Part shown: in pieces, positions 60,601 through 64,000 of the stretch
Layout: every line of letters begins with the position of its first letter
Numbering within the stretch: position 1 is the stretch's first letter
Assembly: GCA_032718475.1 (NCBI GenBank)
Contig: JAUCBJ010002449.1
Coordinates: forward strand, 28,077 to 92,076
DNA: 64,000 nt
Origin: Nemertoderma westbladi
Taxonomy: Eukaryota; Animalia; Xenacoelomorpha
Direction of reading: 5' to 3'
Notes under the pieces: model-generated
The model's database searches: none
Seen by the model: only the letters and a program-made list of their open reading frames with translations
What the model was told of the DNA's origin: nothing
Translations under genes and position numbers: made by a program

Positions 60601-62193
60601 AAAGTAGTTAGATTAAAGTAGTTAGATTAAAGTAGTTAGATTAAAGTAGTTAGATTAAAGTAGTTAGATTACAGTAGTTAGATTAAAGTAGTTAGATTAA
60701 AGTAGTTAGATTAAAGTAGTTAGATTAAAGTAGTTAGATTAAAGTAGTTAGATTAAAGTAGTTAGATTAAAGCAGTTAGATTAAAGTAGTTAGATTAAAG
60801 TAGTTAGATTAAAGCAGTTAGATTAAAGTAGTTAGATTAAAGTAGTTAGATTAAAGTAGTTAGATTAAAGTAGTTAGATTAAAGTAGTTAGATTAAAGTA
60901 GTTAGATTAAAGTAGTTAGATTAAAGTAGTTAGATTAAAGTAGTTAGATTAAAGTAGTTAGATTAAAGTAGTTAGATTAAAGTAGTTAGATTAAAGTAGT
61001 AAGTAACCAACCTGATTGCGGTTGACCCCAGATGAACCACTAAGTTCGTCAACCGAATCGAGAATTAGAACGCAGGGAACCGAGTTAACCGCCGCTACGA
61101 AAGATTCAGTTATTCGGTGGAAGTCGGTGAGATCCTCTGGATCCTTTAGGAGCTCCGATTGGTAACCTGGGAGACCGAGGGGGAGGGGGGTAGACGTAAA
61201 GGACAAGTAGAAGTTAGAACATAATTAAACAGGACAAATTAGGCAATGTTCTGACTACAATAGAAGTGGACGGGAATTTTGAGGGCGGCACTGGTATGAT
61301 TCTAGCTTGTCGGTGGCCTACAGTTCCGGGACAAAATTTAGGGATAAAGACCTATTATCTACATACTATACTACACACACACATGCGGATAGCCATTCAA
61401 CCACCACCCCACCCCCCCTCCCCCATTCCGTTCAGCTAAAGCGGCGGTAAAATAGTTGATTATTACCTGTCATTTCCTCCCTGAGTTCTAGAATACAACG
61501 ACGCATAAAACTTGTGACGTCGGCACTGCGGGCACTGGCGCCCACGTAATGGGCGAGGACCTTGCGATCTGATTGGTGGGTTTTATCGTAGTGTTTCACC
61601 CAATTAGCGAGCTGGGCAGTCTTCCCGCAGCCTCTATCACCGACCAGTAACAGAAGGGGAGGATCTATAACAGCAGTGGGGCGGGGCGCAGGAGTTGGGG
61701 GAGACATGTTATTGGGTGACTTTCTAAGGAAAACAAACAGAGGATGGAGACATGTTATTGGGTGACTTTCTAAGGAAAACAAACAGAGGATGGAGACATG
61801 ATATTGGGTGACTTTGTAAGGAACACAAACAGAGGATGGAGACATGTTATTGGGTGACTTTGTAAGGAACACAGAGGATGGAGACATGTTATTGGGTGAC
61901 TTTGTAAGGAACACAAACAGAGGATGGAGACATGTTATTGGGTGACTTTGTAAGGAACACAGAGGATGGAGACATGTTATTGGGCGACTTTGTATAACTC
62001 TAAGAATCTTACTTAGGTAAATATCCATTAAAGAATGGCGATTGCTCTTCATAGGGCGATGTTGTCATTATTGCGTTGGCATGGTTACTGAGTACTTCCT
62101 GTAAGTGACGCACTTCCGGTGTGTTTATAAAGACTTGGCGTCTAGAATCAGCGTATGATTCATGAGCGGCCCATTCCAGGAATAATTCCCCGT
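6475..62193 (-). CDS. Multi-exon NACHT/STAND NTPase with TPR-like region (TTC41/NPHP3-like), partial; 13 exons reconstructed
   Basis: Exons: 62193-62013, 61723-61467, 61166-61012, 59782-59624, 59310-59170, 59059-58897, 42626-42381, 20958-20760, 13757-13595, 12507-12387, 7588-7433, 7086-6944, 6667-6475. All are AG/GT bounded with matching phases and no stops. Motifs: Walker A GDRGCGKT, HYVGAS, Walker B VLILDSVDEL, WLPEPLPPTCRFIIS, PLFL..ANELR, LSFFHQHLKEAV, ELPWQ, DLLCYW. The family label comes from remembered motifs, not a search. Confidence 0.88.
6722..6845 (-). mobile_element. Possible degenerate tRNA-derived SINE remnant
   Basis: B-box-like GGTTCGAACC and a weak A-box-like TGTGTAAATGG upstream on the minus strand; no full cloverleaf. 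Confidence 0.25.
6944..7086 (-). CDS. Host gene exon (GDGNKSLSDLTQ...FYAGQLLAELGYLSQSEEMFSLAYHQITQ)
   Basis: TTTTGTTTTAG| acceptor, CAG|GTAT donor; phase 1 to 0. Confidence 0.85.
7433..7588 (-). CDS. Host gene exon (GGKLRPRSASFPLEVIKE...VDNRN)
   Basis: GGTTTAG|GAG acceptor lies inside the last copy of the 32-bp array; ACG|GTTTGT donor; phase 1 to 1. Confidence 0.78.
7571..12296. repeat. 32-bp tandem array (CTAAACCAATAAACGGGGTCTAAGTTTACCAC), about 148 copies; unit is the acceptor plus 18 nt of exon
   Basis: Periodicity. Minus-strand unit GTTTATTGGTTTAG|G(A/T)GGTAAACTTAGACCCC overlaps the exon start at 7588. Confidence 0.96.
12387..12507 (-). CDS. Host gene exon (AVFKPHKDDKSSVNTTDSDS...PKFPPLSI), Ser/Asp-rich linker
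   Basis: TATACAG| acceptor, TTG|GTAAGA donor; phase 0 to 1. Confidence 0.82.
12801..13316. repeat. 28-bp tandem array (CTAGCTCGGGCACCAGTCGTATAAAGTG), about 18 copies
   Basis: Direct periodicity. Confidence 0.95.
13595..13757 (-). CDS. Host gene exon (RLFLELCGEK...KLDLLCYWRTLLSAGY...QTNN)
   Basis: TTTATAG| acceptor, AAT|GTTAGT donor; phase 2 to 0; resembles the NPHP3-type ELLSYW motif. Confidence 0.85.
13770..20730. repeat. 57-bp tandem array (AGCTAAGAGATACACAACAGAACCACCCGATAATGTTGTACAGATCGGTGCCTCTAA), about 122 copies, filling a 7-kb intron
   Basis: Periodicity with three recurring variants (TAAAGC/TATAGC/TATCTC). Ends about 12 bp from the acceptor and about 30 bp from the donor. Confidence 0.97.
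20760..20958 (-). CDS. Host gene exon (GILTSSDSP...HLYIARYYWQQ...RKSQELPWQCQRSG...EP)
   Basis: GGTTCCAG| acceptor, CAG|GTAAGG donor; ELPWQ motif; phase 1 to 2. Confidence 0.88.
20987..23448. repeat. 63-bp (67-bp variant) tandem array, left arm, interrupted by the BEL element
   Basis: Unit GGAAACAGAGTGGAAGGGTTTACTGTGGAAGATCACCCATGGTGGTGAACAGGCATTCCTTTA. Confidence 0.95.
23449..23985 (+). repeat. 5' LTR
   Basis: TGTTAGC...GTCACA, repeated at 36189-36725. Confidence 0.96.
23714..23748 (+). promoter_or_regulatory. Putative LTR core promoter (TATA-like plus initiator)
   Basis: TATAA at 23714 and TCAGTT initiator about 30 bp downstream (A at 23744). Confidence 0.45.
24071..27445 (+). CDS. Long low-complexity N-terminal part of BEL gag-pol, split by frameshifts at two poly-G runs
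   Basis: The frame from 24071 meets the 26563 frame at G11 (26445-26455), which meets the 27446 frame at G10 (27315-27324). Contains an Arg/Glu coiled coil, an Asn-rich tract and QGAEGLVGHVVSR repeats. Confidence 0.7.
27446..32653 (+). CDS. BEL/Pao Gag-Pol: DUF1759-type gag, CCHC knuckles, aspartic protease, RT, RNase H, integrase
   Basis: PFKFDGSRPEEY; CSRCVKSGHKAREC; LVDSGA; YYLPLH, LRMVVDAS, CDIEGMF, YVDD; FSDAS, PKLEL, WTDS, NPADLLSRG; H-H-C-C and VDMFGP, SDNGTNF, ERLV; YWRRWVEEYL. Confidence 0.96.
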   Translation: MTYPSQRRSRNRTDEPHQTRETIQHPSNPLEAQAMGMATLIDALKTRIELPPVEPFKFDGSRPEEYLQFRRMYSNEILTKNLTQAECLKYLQVYTGGPAYDIVRQYQGIEGGFTTAWRALDREYGHPAKIIRQTLRGITSGGLQDNPVSIKTFANKVEKALIVLKTLDAPYELNASNNITTIAQALPSWLRNKWRKVAFSTRDKKGAEPGLEEMSNFLNYEAELITDPVYSEDSLGKGPKADHYRPKPEHSTSNALPRLRQSLPYAATQGTASPQASEDRTTSRDGQGNNNNMNKHNPSTSSRSNPVNKNSRDFGTNITAIRNALYKEGYDPKSKCQLHANALHKTMNCRYWQALPRQDQIDYASSNKICSRCVKSGHKARECQEKPVKFGQRRGQTMATSTVGAKKRGTVLLGVVPVRVIGEGNRSVTTLMLVDSGAAFTLVEEWIAEEIGLRTRPSRMAVTTISSKDEVLEMRTGRCAIAAVAPGCDYGATIDPIQVIESININARRPTNIEVEQYKFLDNIDFSIPDVDIRKVSIIVGMDCPTAHERMQTVFGEDKQSDPVAILTPFGWTLSGPIKSKIPFRMSETSGCMFAGTMQEMGDEGAEEQLKRLLRQDFEGLKETGVGTSVEDKQALQSVEESMTCDEGRYTIGMVWKLPKIPLPDNRGMVLTRLRKLKQTLQRSPEKNEYIHKTIKKYVEKGWAVELPVDEPNTDRTYYLPLHVALDPKKGKLRMVVDASAKTDGKCLNDYLLEGPNIYNSGIEVLLRFRNGKHAFTCDIEGMFNQVRVTEEDSDSQRFLWYNGEEEPPIIPAYKMVVQNMGAKSSSFTTTMAVRDTVKGKEDRYSSRAVDMIRRGFYVDDGMESGNTVEEILETGREVRDILKGSGFNLTKFQSSSEEFIKEIEDKKPESTMDNPTTAKGQDMAIKRTESQQKALGIVWDRKTDELKYQLSQEGADTHTKRGYVSYIARIYDPLGLASPLLVTGKQILKRVYKLKDEWDVEVPEDIRKQWSKWTGDLERMGTYNMPRVYFPDGNMTNLDLHMFSDASLEAYGAALYLVQREGPHKPRLAFSKAKSTPPDSASVPKLELTAARLGVRATAYLVDTIPNIVETHYWTDSMVVLGWLHNEKTRYPIFVANRVDEIRASTELERWHYCPTDQNPADLLSRGVERHTFLKKEELWQHGPQFLSDREAWPPMRKVDPGSEVISEGEGDSEGEEIYSQMVREIRDVQPGRELCDNPTDKLLSYSSSWYKTKKLVAYWRAFGNFLAGVGKDKKTRITIDLEGATKAVIRYEQRKNYGDEVERVDNQQHLRRDSELITLSPQLNEDGILVMNSRVGYNNSIVVPPKPIIIPTGSPIVHQIIWDSHKSILHGGTNRTLTEIRRTYWVKQLRKKVKAVVGQCQTCRRAKKERAVQEMAPLPASRVRQHDPPFTHCGVDMFGPIKIKVMRHTEKRYGIIFVCNNTRAVGIELAQDATASAFINALERFRDRKGGTIAVIYSDNGTNFVGAESEMAEALDILEGEEVRAAMRRRQVKWERRTPYAPHTLGCVERLVGSSKRLMTKLMNTHMVTEDVLRTVLAKCEGIINSRPLYPENDDPESLDVLTPSHFLMERPATIDMRGVDPDDIHSRQSWKVAKAISAEYWRRWVEEYLPTLHKRSKWRKPNRELREGDLVIVTDDTIINNQWRLARVVGTYSDEDGRVRSVEVRIGGKIGAKDRKTYRRAVGKCCLLEGAP
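32775..33222 (+). repeat. Internal degenerate array of about 32-bp units, each with a TAGGTAC-GTA-GTACCTA hairpin
   Basis: Repeated AGGTACGTAGTACCTAGAGTTAGTTAGTTAGT between pol and the 3' ORFs. Confidence 0.88.
33730..34176 (+). CDS. Accessory ORF A of the BEL element (about 148 aa, unknown function)
   Basis: ATG at 33730 (MASKLIRKRK...), open frame, purine-rich composition like gag-pol; no recognised motif. Confidence 0.5.
   Translation: MASKLIRKRKAESGGKEILVDFTERHPEEKTRGYYERLERGHAARALQDHFREAHEQRLVGTYGTPSLDNAIFQHFHYVVKGDEAKFGIPKYPRESPRKDWKRFIESVNRGGYMILDDEGTVEDEAGSRRGTAGRPGHRVMASRNRRA
34083..35480 (+). CDS. Accessory ORF B of the BEL element with three CCHC zinc knuckles; start uncertain
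   Basis: Frame open from 34083 (first ATG 34281). CDYCGRQTHRESSC, CLYCREPSHRMGAC, CPKCHFRGHYGREC; acidic EEEDDDDE patch; basic C-terminus (PPAKRYR). Confidence 0.8.
   Translation, partial: RGNRGRRSGFETRNGREARTQSYGFEEQAGLDELHWTSSGSSGESLGRELGWTVGSPKQSTSGLHAMPIPAGAEGDQPPRKLRELEGWRATGESQGGKGHSGSTEIPGLETLPEEEDDDDEFGEIPPIERIGHSDTDWVGGRVVTASGARAFWNRSGKRTWVHEGPAMDFAGSTIRLGEQPGTAPRIVFGETMPERGGEIDVNRESNVEKFAYQRLHRPRRSLGTKDEVGRETLVLGCDYCGRQTHRESSCLYRFQRGTFCLYCREPSHRMGACPRLHNRCPKCHFRGHYGRECDWMSDEEKFTRFEEWADVGAMTRQRMKAQEFKWGFFLINQETHMEIIKRRLPFTYQEVATAASFAGVMNTQRYLDRWTPENRREFRDFLAEHVPKAMKMILWDATRGRQPGHSEGPPAKRYRALITPAPKEPTTGISKEVAAKVRKQKADDARGAVITKKRAREEDVRRNR
36189..36725 (+). repeat. 3' LTR
   Basis: Copy of 23449-23985, preceded by the PPT. 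Confidence 0.96.
36726..42286. repeat. 63/67-bp tandem array, right arm
   Basis: Same unit as 20987-23448, resuming in register after the TSD; 130-bp dimers at about 38035-38870. Confidence 0.95.
42381..42626 (-). CDS. Host gene exon (DGVADGWVADVLRLIACSRHGLSRTELL...GLLSFFHQHLKEAVESKLL), winged-helix region
   Basis: CTCTCTCCACTAG| acceptor, TAG|GTACGT donor; phase 1 to 1. Confidence 0.9.
42621..43238. repeat. 42-46-bp tandem array, about 14 copies; unit is a complete 3' splice site plus 6 nt of exon
   Basis: Minus-strand unit CCCCACCACAGTTTAACTGTT(CT)nCCACTAG|ATGGCG. Confidence 0.93.
43225..43465. repeat. 21-bp GC-rich array (GGGGCGCCACCGCGGTGTGGT), about 11 copies
   Basis: Periodicity; shares GTGGTGGGGCGCCA with the adjacent array; contains the palindrome CACCGCGGTG. 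Confidence 0.92.
43698..47552 (+). CDS. CRE-like polyprotein: Cys-rich N-terminus, reverse transcriptase, CCHC/RHN motif, restriction-like endonuclease
   Basis: CCQCGIRAC...CRC...CTSC; KEPGVRPIGIGEVLYR; LLVDASNAFN; QGDP; WYADD; RFLGG; LPVRHGGIG; CEGC..HALNC..RHNEVR; RADL, FDIAV, KKVHY, FTPLV. First ATG at 43698 (frame open from at least 43653). Confidence 0.93.
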   Translation: MSQGSGQSSSQRCCQCGIRACTTSSRCRCVRAGQPCTSCSPLSVGNCLNPHLISGASISPLVDDTLLHESTGDNSDGDSSDTDSFSSAITQITQIPRVVDTVFPPLSLPGSASSPPFPTTVELLESAFGGQWLNSPGSSTDPYWEANYSRLTCLTCCQYIVPGGNVGRKIADLVARELVFLTDGIHPSERSLCCVATIFQRDPDVTKSADIRRTMLRRIGMWEREEYKQLVVEAERCSSKFAKSRGSAKVNPGRLYNRKILVGQNRAAVRLITERDSGGILDPNSQAEGRAPGITVREVLAEKHPPQMQVSPDAFEPCDDLPAFEDVDITGQHVLKVTRVLRGGAGPIGGDAELWSALLTRYEAHSSRLREAVAGLARRLANSVVPWGEIRALRACRLVAIDKEPGVRPIGIGEVLYRLLTNCLTAATKMDFIMECGADQLCAGVKAGVEGAVHAMASLYEDDSTEGMLLVDASNAFNSLSRPVALWNARVYWHRCSRYLFNAYNGHATLFLQGSDVPLWSREGYTQGDPAAMLGYGCGTLPMIRRLRDIRIPECPGNPPSSLPGVPSSTLPGNLPSTLHGDSPSTVPCNPQSTLPGNPPSTLPDNPPSTLPGNPPLTLSGNPPSTQSGNPPLILPGNPPSTLPGFPPSTLPGNPLLTLPGNPPSSLLGDPPSTLPDNPPSTLPGNPPSTPPGNLPSTLPGDPLSTLPGNPPSFLLGDPPSTLPDNPSLTLPGNPPSTLPGNQPSNLPGDPPSTLPGNPPSTPPGNPTPHHQRQCWYADDASSAGSLAGVLRWWEELLLSGPRIGYNPEPTKSYLVVKPAYVEQAHEMFGRSGVRIVSGHRFLGGYVGDSQGLRGFIAEKVAGWVYSIGRLAEVAEDYPQTAHTGMSRCLQAEWDFLLRVVEIDDEDLAPIREALQHSYIPALFGIPLGAVDEDLVLLPVRHGGIGIRDPLMRRCHAREASLAGTAGVVDALLSDRPLQVADHAACLASALAESRITQDAAYKARLESALLAVPAERRRTVERTVSHKTGGWLTAQPSAVDHTDLDPEVFRDNLALRYGLTPPGLPAKCEGCGESFSTSHALNCKSGGLIIKRHNEVREVFGDLIASAFGGSCVQREVTLASGYLDRQGREVGGVRADLLARGVWAEQRVASFDIAVVNADAPSYVNRSLDSVLQQRVRAKKVHYAAVCEDRRISFTPLVGTTDGVWCKEADILIRHLAETLVARQRGMRERGLACVLGGVRRRLLFALLRSNSLCLRGGRRPWRALGFGDGAGLRGFDLQDRY
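45363..45998 (+). repeat. In-frame 24-bp coding minisatellite (PGNPPSTL, about 26 copies) inside the RT
   Basis: Unit CCCGGCAACCCGCCGTCGACCCTA; copies are diverged with no stops or frameshifts. Confidence 0.95.
48674..49321 (+). CDS. RAB32: Intronless Rab32/38-family small GTPase (215 aa), nested antisense in a host intron
   Basis: EHLFKVLVIG, GKTS, KRYVHQLF, ATVGVDFALKV, WDIxGQE, NMTRVYYKEA, WKLDLDSK, LLANK, TSAK, C-terminal CC. The symbol denotes the Rab32/38 family, not proven orthology. Confidence 0.93.
   Translation: MASNIGKIEHLFKVLVIGSPATGKTSIVKRYVHQLFTTHYKATVGVDFALKVIQWNDSILVRVQLWDIQGQELYENMTRVYYKEATGAFVVYDVTQPSTFNAVERWKLDLDSKAFLSNGANIPAVLLANKYDLLDEMTEEELVRKERFMERFCEDKGFLAWFNTSAKTNMNIDVAARRLVEQILINVEEQTEQEDNDAINLRDSRTSERKPGGCC
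49497..49787. repeat. 41-bp tandem array, about 7 copies, just 3' of the Rab ORF
   Basis: Unit GGCCATTGAACTGAATGGTCTACGCCCTACACCCAAGGATT. Confidence 0.93.
50058..51943. repeat. 22-bp diverged tandem array (GGTTACTAACCACTGGCTAATA), about 85 copies
   Basis: Periodicity with many variants. Confidence 0.94.
52478..58860. repeat. 64/63-bp tandem array, about 100 copies
   Basis: Unit AGTATGGAGGCCCTGGTCTCCCCTGATTACTGGTTTATCAGTGGATGGTGGCGCGATATAACTT; ends about 36 bp from the donor at 58896. Confidence 0.97.
58897..59059 (-). CDS. Host gene exon (HLDTQLTQYTSCSSIQSLWIQIVGRWCRDYGW...NHQ)
   Basis: ATTTCAG| acceptor, AAG|GTAGGT donor; phase 0 to 1. Confidence 0.88.
59170..59310 (-). CDS. Host gene exon (VIKRHLEVHCKSLSAKQLDQLV...LPLFLTAVANELRVCGLYQ)
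   Basis: CTTTCAG| acceptor, CAG|GTGAGA donor; phase 0 to 0. Confidence 0.9.
59624..59782 (-). CDS. Host gene exon (VREMSWLPEPLPPTCRFIISAT...ETKKQ)
   Basis: CTAATAG| acceptor, CAG|GTCAGA donor; phase 0 to 0. Confidence 0.9.
59794..61000. repeat. 14-bp tandem array (AGTTAGATTAAAGT), about 86 copies, making up nearly all of intron 59783-61011
   Basis: Near-perfect periodicity; minus-strand unit ACTTTAATCTAACT. Confidence 0.97.
61012..61166 (-). CDS. Host gene exon with Walker B (GYQSELLKDPE...PCVLILDSVDELSG...RNQ)
   Basis: GTCTCCCAG| acceptor, CAG|GTTGGT donor; phase 1 to 0. Confidence 0.9.
61467..61723 (-). CDS. Host gene exon with Walker A (KSPNNMSPP...LLLVGDRGCGKTAQLANWV...HYVGAS...EEMT)
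   Basis: TTTGTTTTCCTTAG| acceptor inside the last array copy, CAG|GTAAT donor; phase 2 to 1. Confidence 0.88.
61700..61994. repeat. 46/42-bp tandem array, about 6.5 copies; unit is the acceptor plus 24 nt of exon
   Basis: Minus-strand unit ATCCTCTGTTTGTTTTCCTTA(G/C)|AAAGTCACCCAATAACATGTCTCC. Confidence 0.92.
62013..62193 (-). CDS. Host gene exon (GELFLEWAAHESYADSRRQVFINTPEVRHLQEVL...GYLPK)
   Basis: TTCTTCCTTTTAG| acceptor, TAA|GTAAGA donor; phase 1 to 2, matching the next exon. Confidence 0.85.
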
Positions 62194-64000
62194 CTAAAAG
62201 GAAGAATTTGGAATTCTAATACCACTCTATTAGCGATTCGGCGGTAGGGATCCTTCAGCCGTTAGGCCAGGGATTACTCACAAAGTCTGATGACATATCC
62301 AGTGCGGTCCCCCCAGAACTATACTCCCCAGAGGAAACTCTGGTAATCATTTAGCTACCATTTAAGGAAACAAGGACGTACAGATGTGCCGATTATTAAT
62401 CTGAAATCAGTGTTTCGAACATTTGTTTTGTTCTCGAGTTATGGCAACATACATATACAAACTTTTTTATTTATGTGCAGCACCACATTTGACATCAACA
62501 AAGACCGTTTGTTACAAAAAGACTGTTTGAAAGACTGTTTGTTACAGATGTTTGTCAAATAAATTATCTGTCGAAGCAAAAGTTATAAATACTGCAAAAT
62601 CCATATAACATAACTAGAAAGCCAGCAAGCTGGCTGGAAGGAGCCCGGGGGAAGAATCCTAGCCAAGACTATTACAAATGAACTATGTCAGTCAGCTGTA
62701 GGCCTAGTAAGTAGGCCTAAACTAAACAATTGTCTAAACTGTAAGGCGTGAGGCTAGCTGACTTTGTCGATCGTCCCACATAATAAAAAATTAAACTTTG
62801 CTACCACTAACAAAAATATAATATGAAGCAAATAATTTAATTATCAAGCACGTTTACAAGATTTAAGATTACCTGAACCCACCCTAGAACCACCCTATAT
62901 TATAAATGCAGACTCCATTTCCATACGAATATTACAACACCGGCTGCTAAGGCAATCAACCAATGCTGCATTATAGAACAAAACTAACAATAGAAAGGGG
63001 TAGCTATAGTTACTAAAACTAAAACACAAACAAAGCGCAAATATCCTAGCTGTTCCACATTAGTGTCAGTAGTTCTAGTAAGATAATAATAGTGATAACA
63101 GTTTCATTCAATTTTTTGAATAAATACAAATTATATAATATATTATAGAGCAAATGTATAAACAAAAACTCAACTAATATATTATGAAAATTTAAGGTCT
63201 AAACAATATGAAACAAAATAATACATTATCAAAGACAAATTAAATTTTAGCATCACAACAACTATATCCAAGAAATTTAACAAAACCGCAAATCAGTCAA
63301 AGTGAAAAGGGGGGACAGTTCCCCCTTCAACCCCCCTTTCAATCAGCACCTCGTCCCAAAAGCAAGCGGTTCTTTTAAATTTGCGTGATTTGAGTTTTAT
63401 GCTCGCACCACTATTGAGTTTTATAATATTTGTAAGAAATGTTAAAACTTATCTTATGCCAATGTAGTAATGGTATTAAAATATAATTAAATTAATTTGC
63501 ACTATTAATGCTTCAGCTAAAAAATGATGCTAATCCTATGTAATAAAAACAATAAGAATATTATTTTTAAGAACATTCTACATATATCCTATACAAAATA
63601 ATCAGCCCAAGGATTCGTGGAATAATAATATAATCCTACTGCAGTTGTATAATTTATTTTGTTTATTGACAACTCAACTATTTTCTGTCTATACCTGAGA
63701 GCTGATAAAGGAAGTGTAGACTCAGCCAGCAGCGCTGCTCCTACAAGGCAAAGGCAGGCAGGAGGGGTGTAGTCAAAGTCAAGAAATTCCGACTGGATGG
63801 AATTCTATCTCAGACAGACAGCCCTGCACTCCACCGTTCCTACTCCACAGCTAGCTGCTGCGAGCTCAGGCAGGAGTTGTTACTGTACCATTGCTTTTAA
63901 TTTCGCGACAAAATAATGTCAAAAAACGAAATATATCGAATACCACACATTGAATCGATCTGATATTTTGTAACGCGATTATGAACCACCAAAGCAATGT

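Noticed and set aside
59794-61000. Telomeric repeat (TTAG-containing)
   Set aside because: The 14-bp unit lacks TTAGG(G) and lies inside an intron with intact splice sites.
62194-64000. Further upstream host exons (candidate donors near 62872 and 63694)
   Set aside because: Phase-compatible options exist, but the peptides are short and lack recognisable motifs, so they cannot be supported without RNA data.

Overview
AT-rich eukaryotic, animal-like genomic DNA; the organism cannot be named from the sequence. The backbone is a spliced minus-strand gene for a NACHT/STAND NTPase with a TPR-like tail (TTC41/NPHP3-like). I reconstructed 13 phase-consistent exons by hand (62193 down to 6475, about 759 codons); both ends lie outside what I could resolve. 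Roughly 55-60% of the window is tandem array, with a different unit (14-64 bp) in each expanded intron. At least three arrays are amplified copies of the gene's own 3' splice junction, and one is an amplified branch-point-like motif. The two largest introns also hold: (i) a young 13.3-kb BEL/Pao LTR retrotransposon with extra 3' ORFs, one carrying three CCHC knuckles; (ii) an intact CRE-clade RLE non-LTR retrotransposon whose RT palm carries about 210 aa of in-frame proline-rich 8-mer repeats; (iii) an intronless, divergent Rab32/38-family gene on the opposite strand. Most long ORFs in the supplied track are repeat artefacts.
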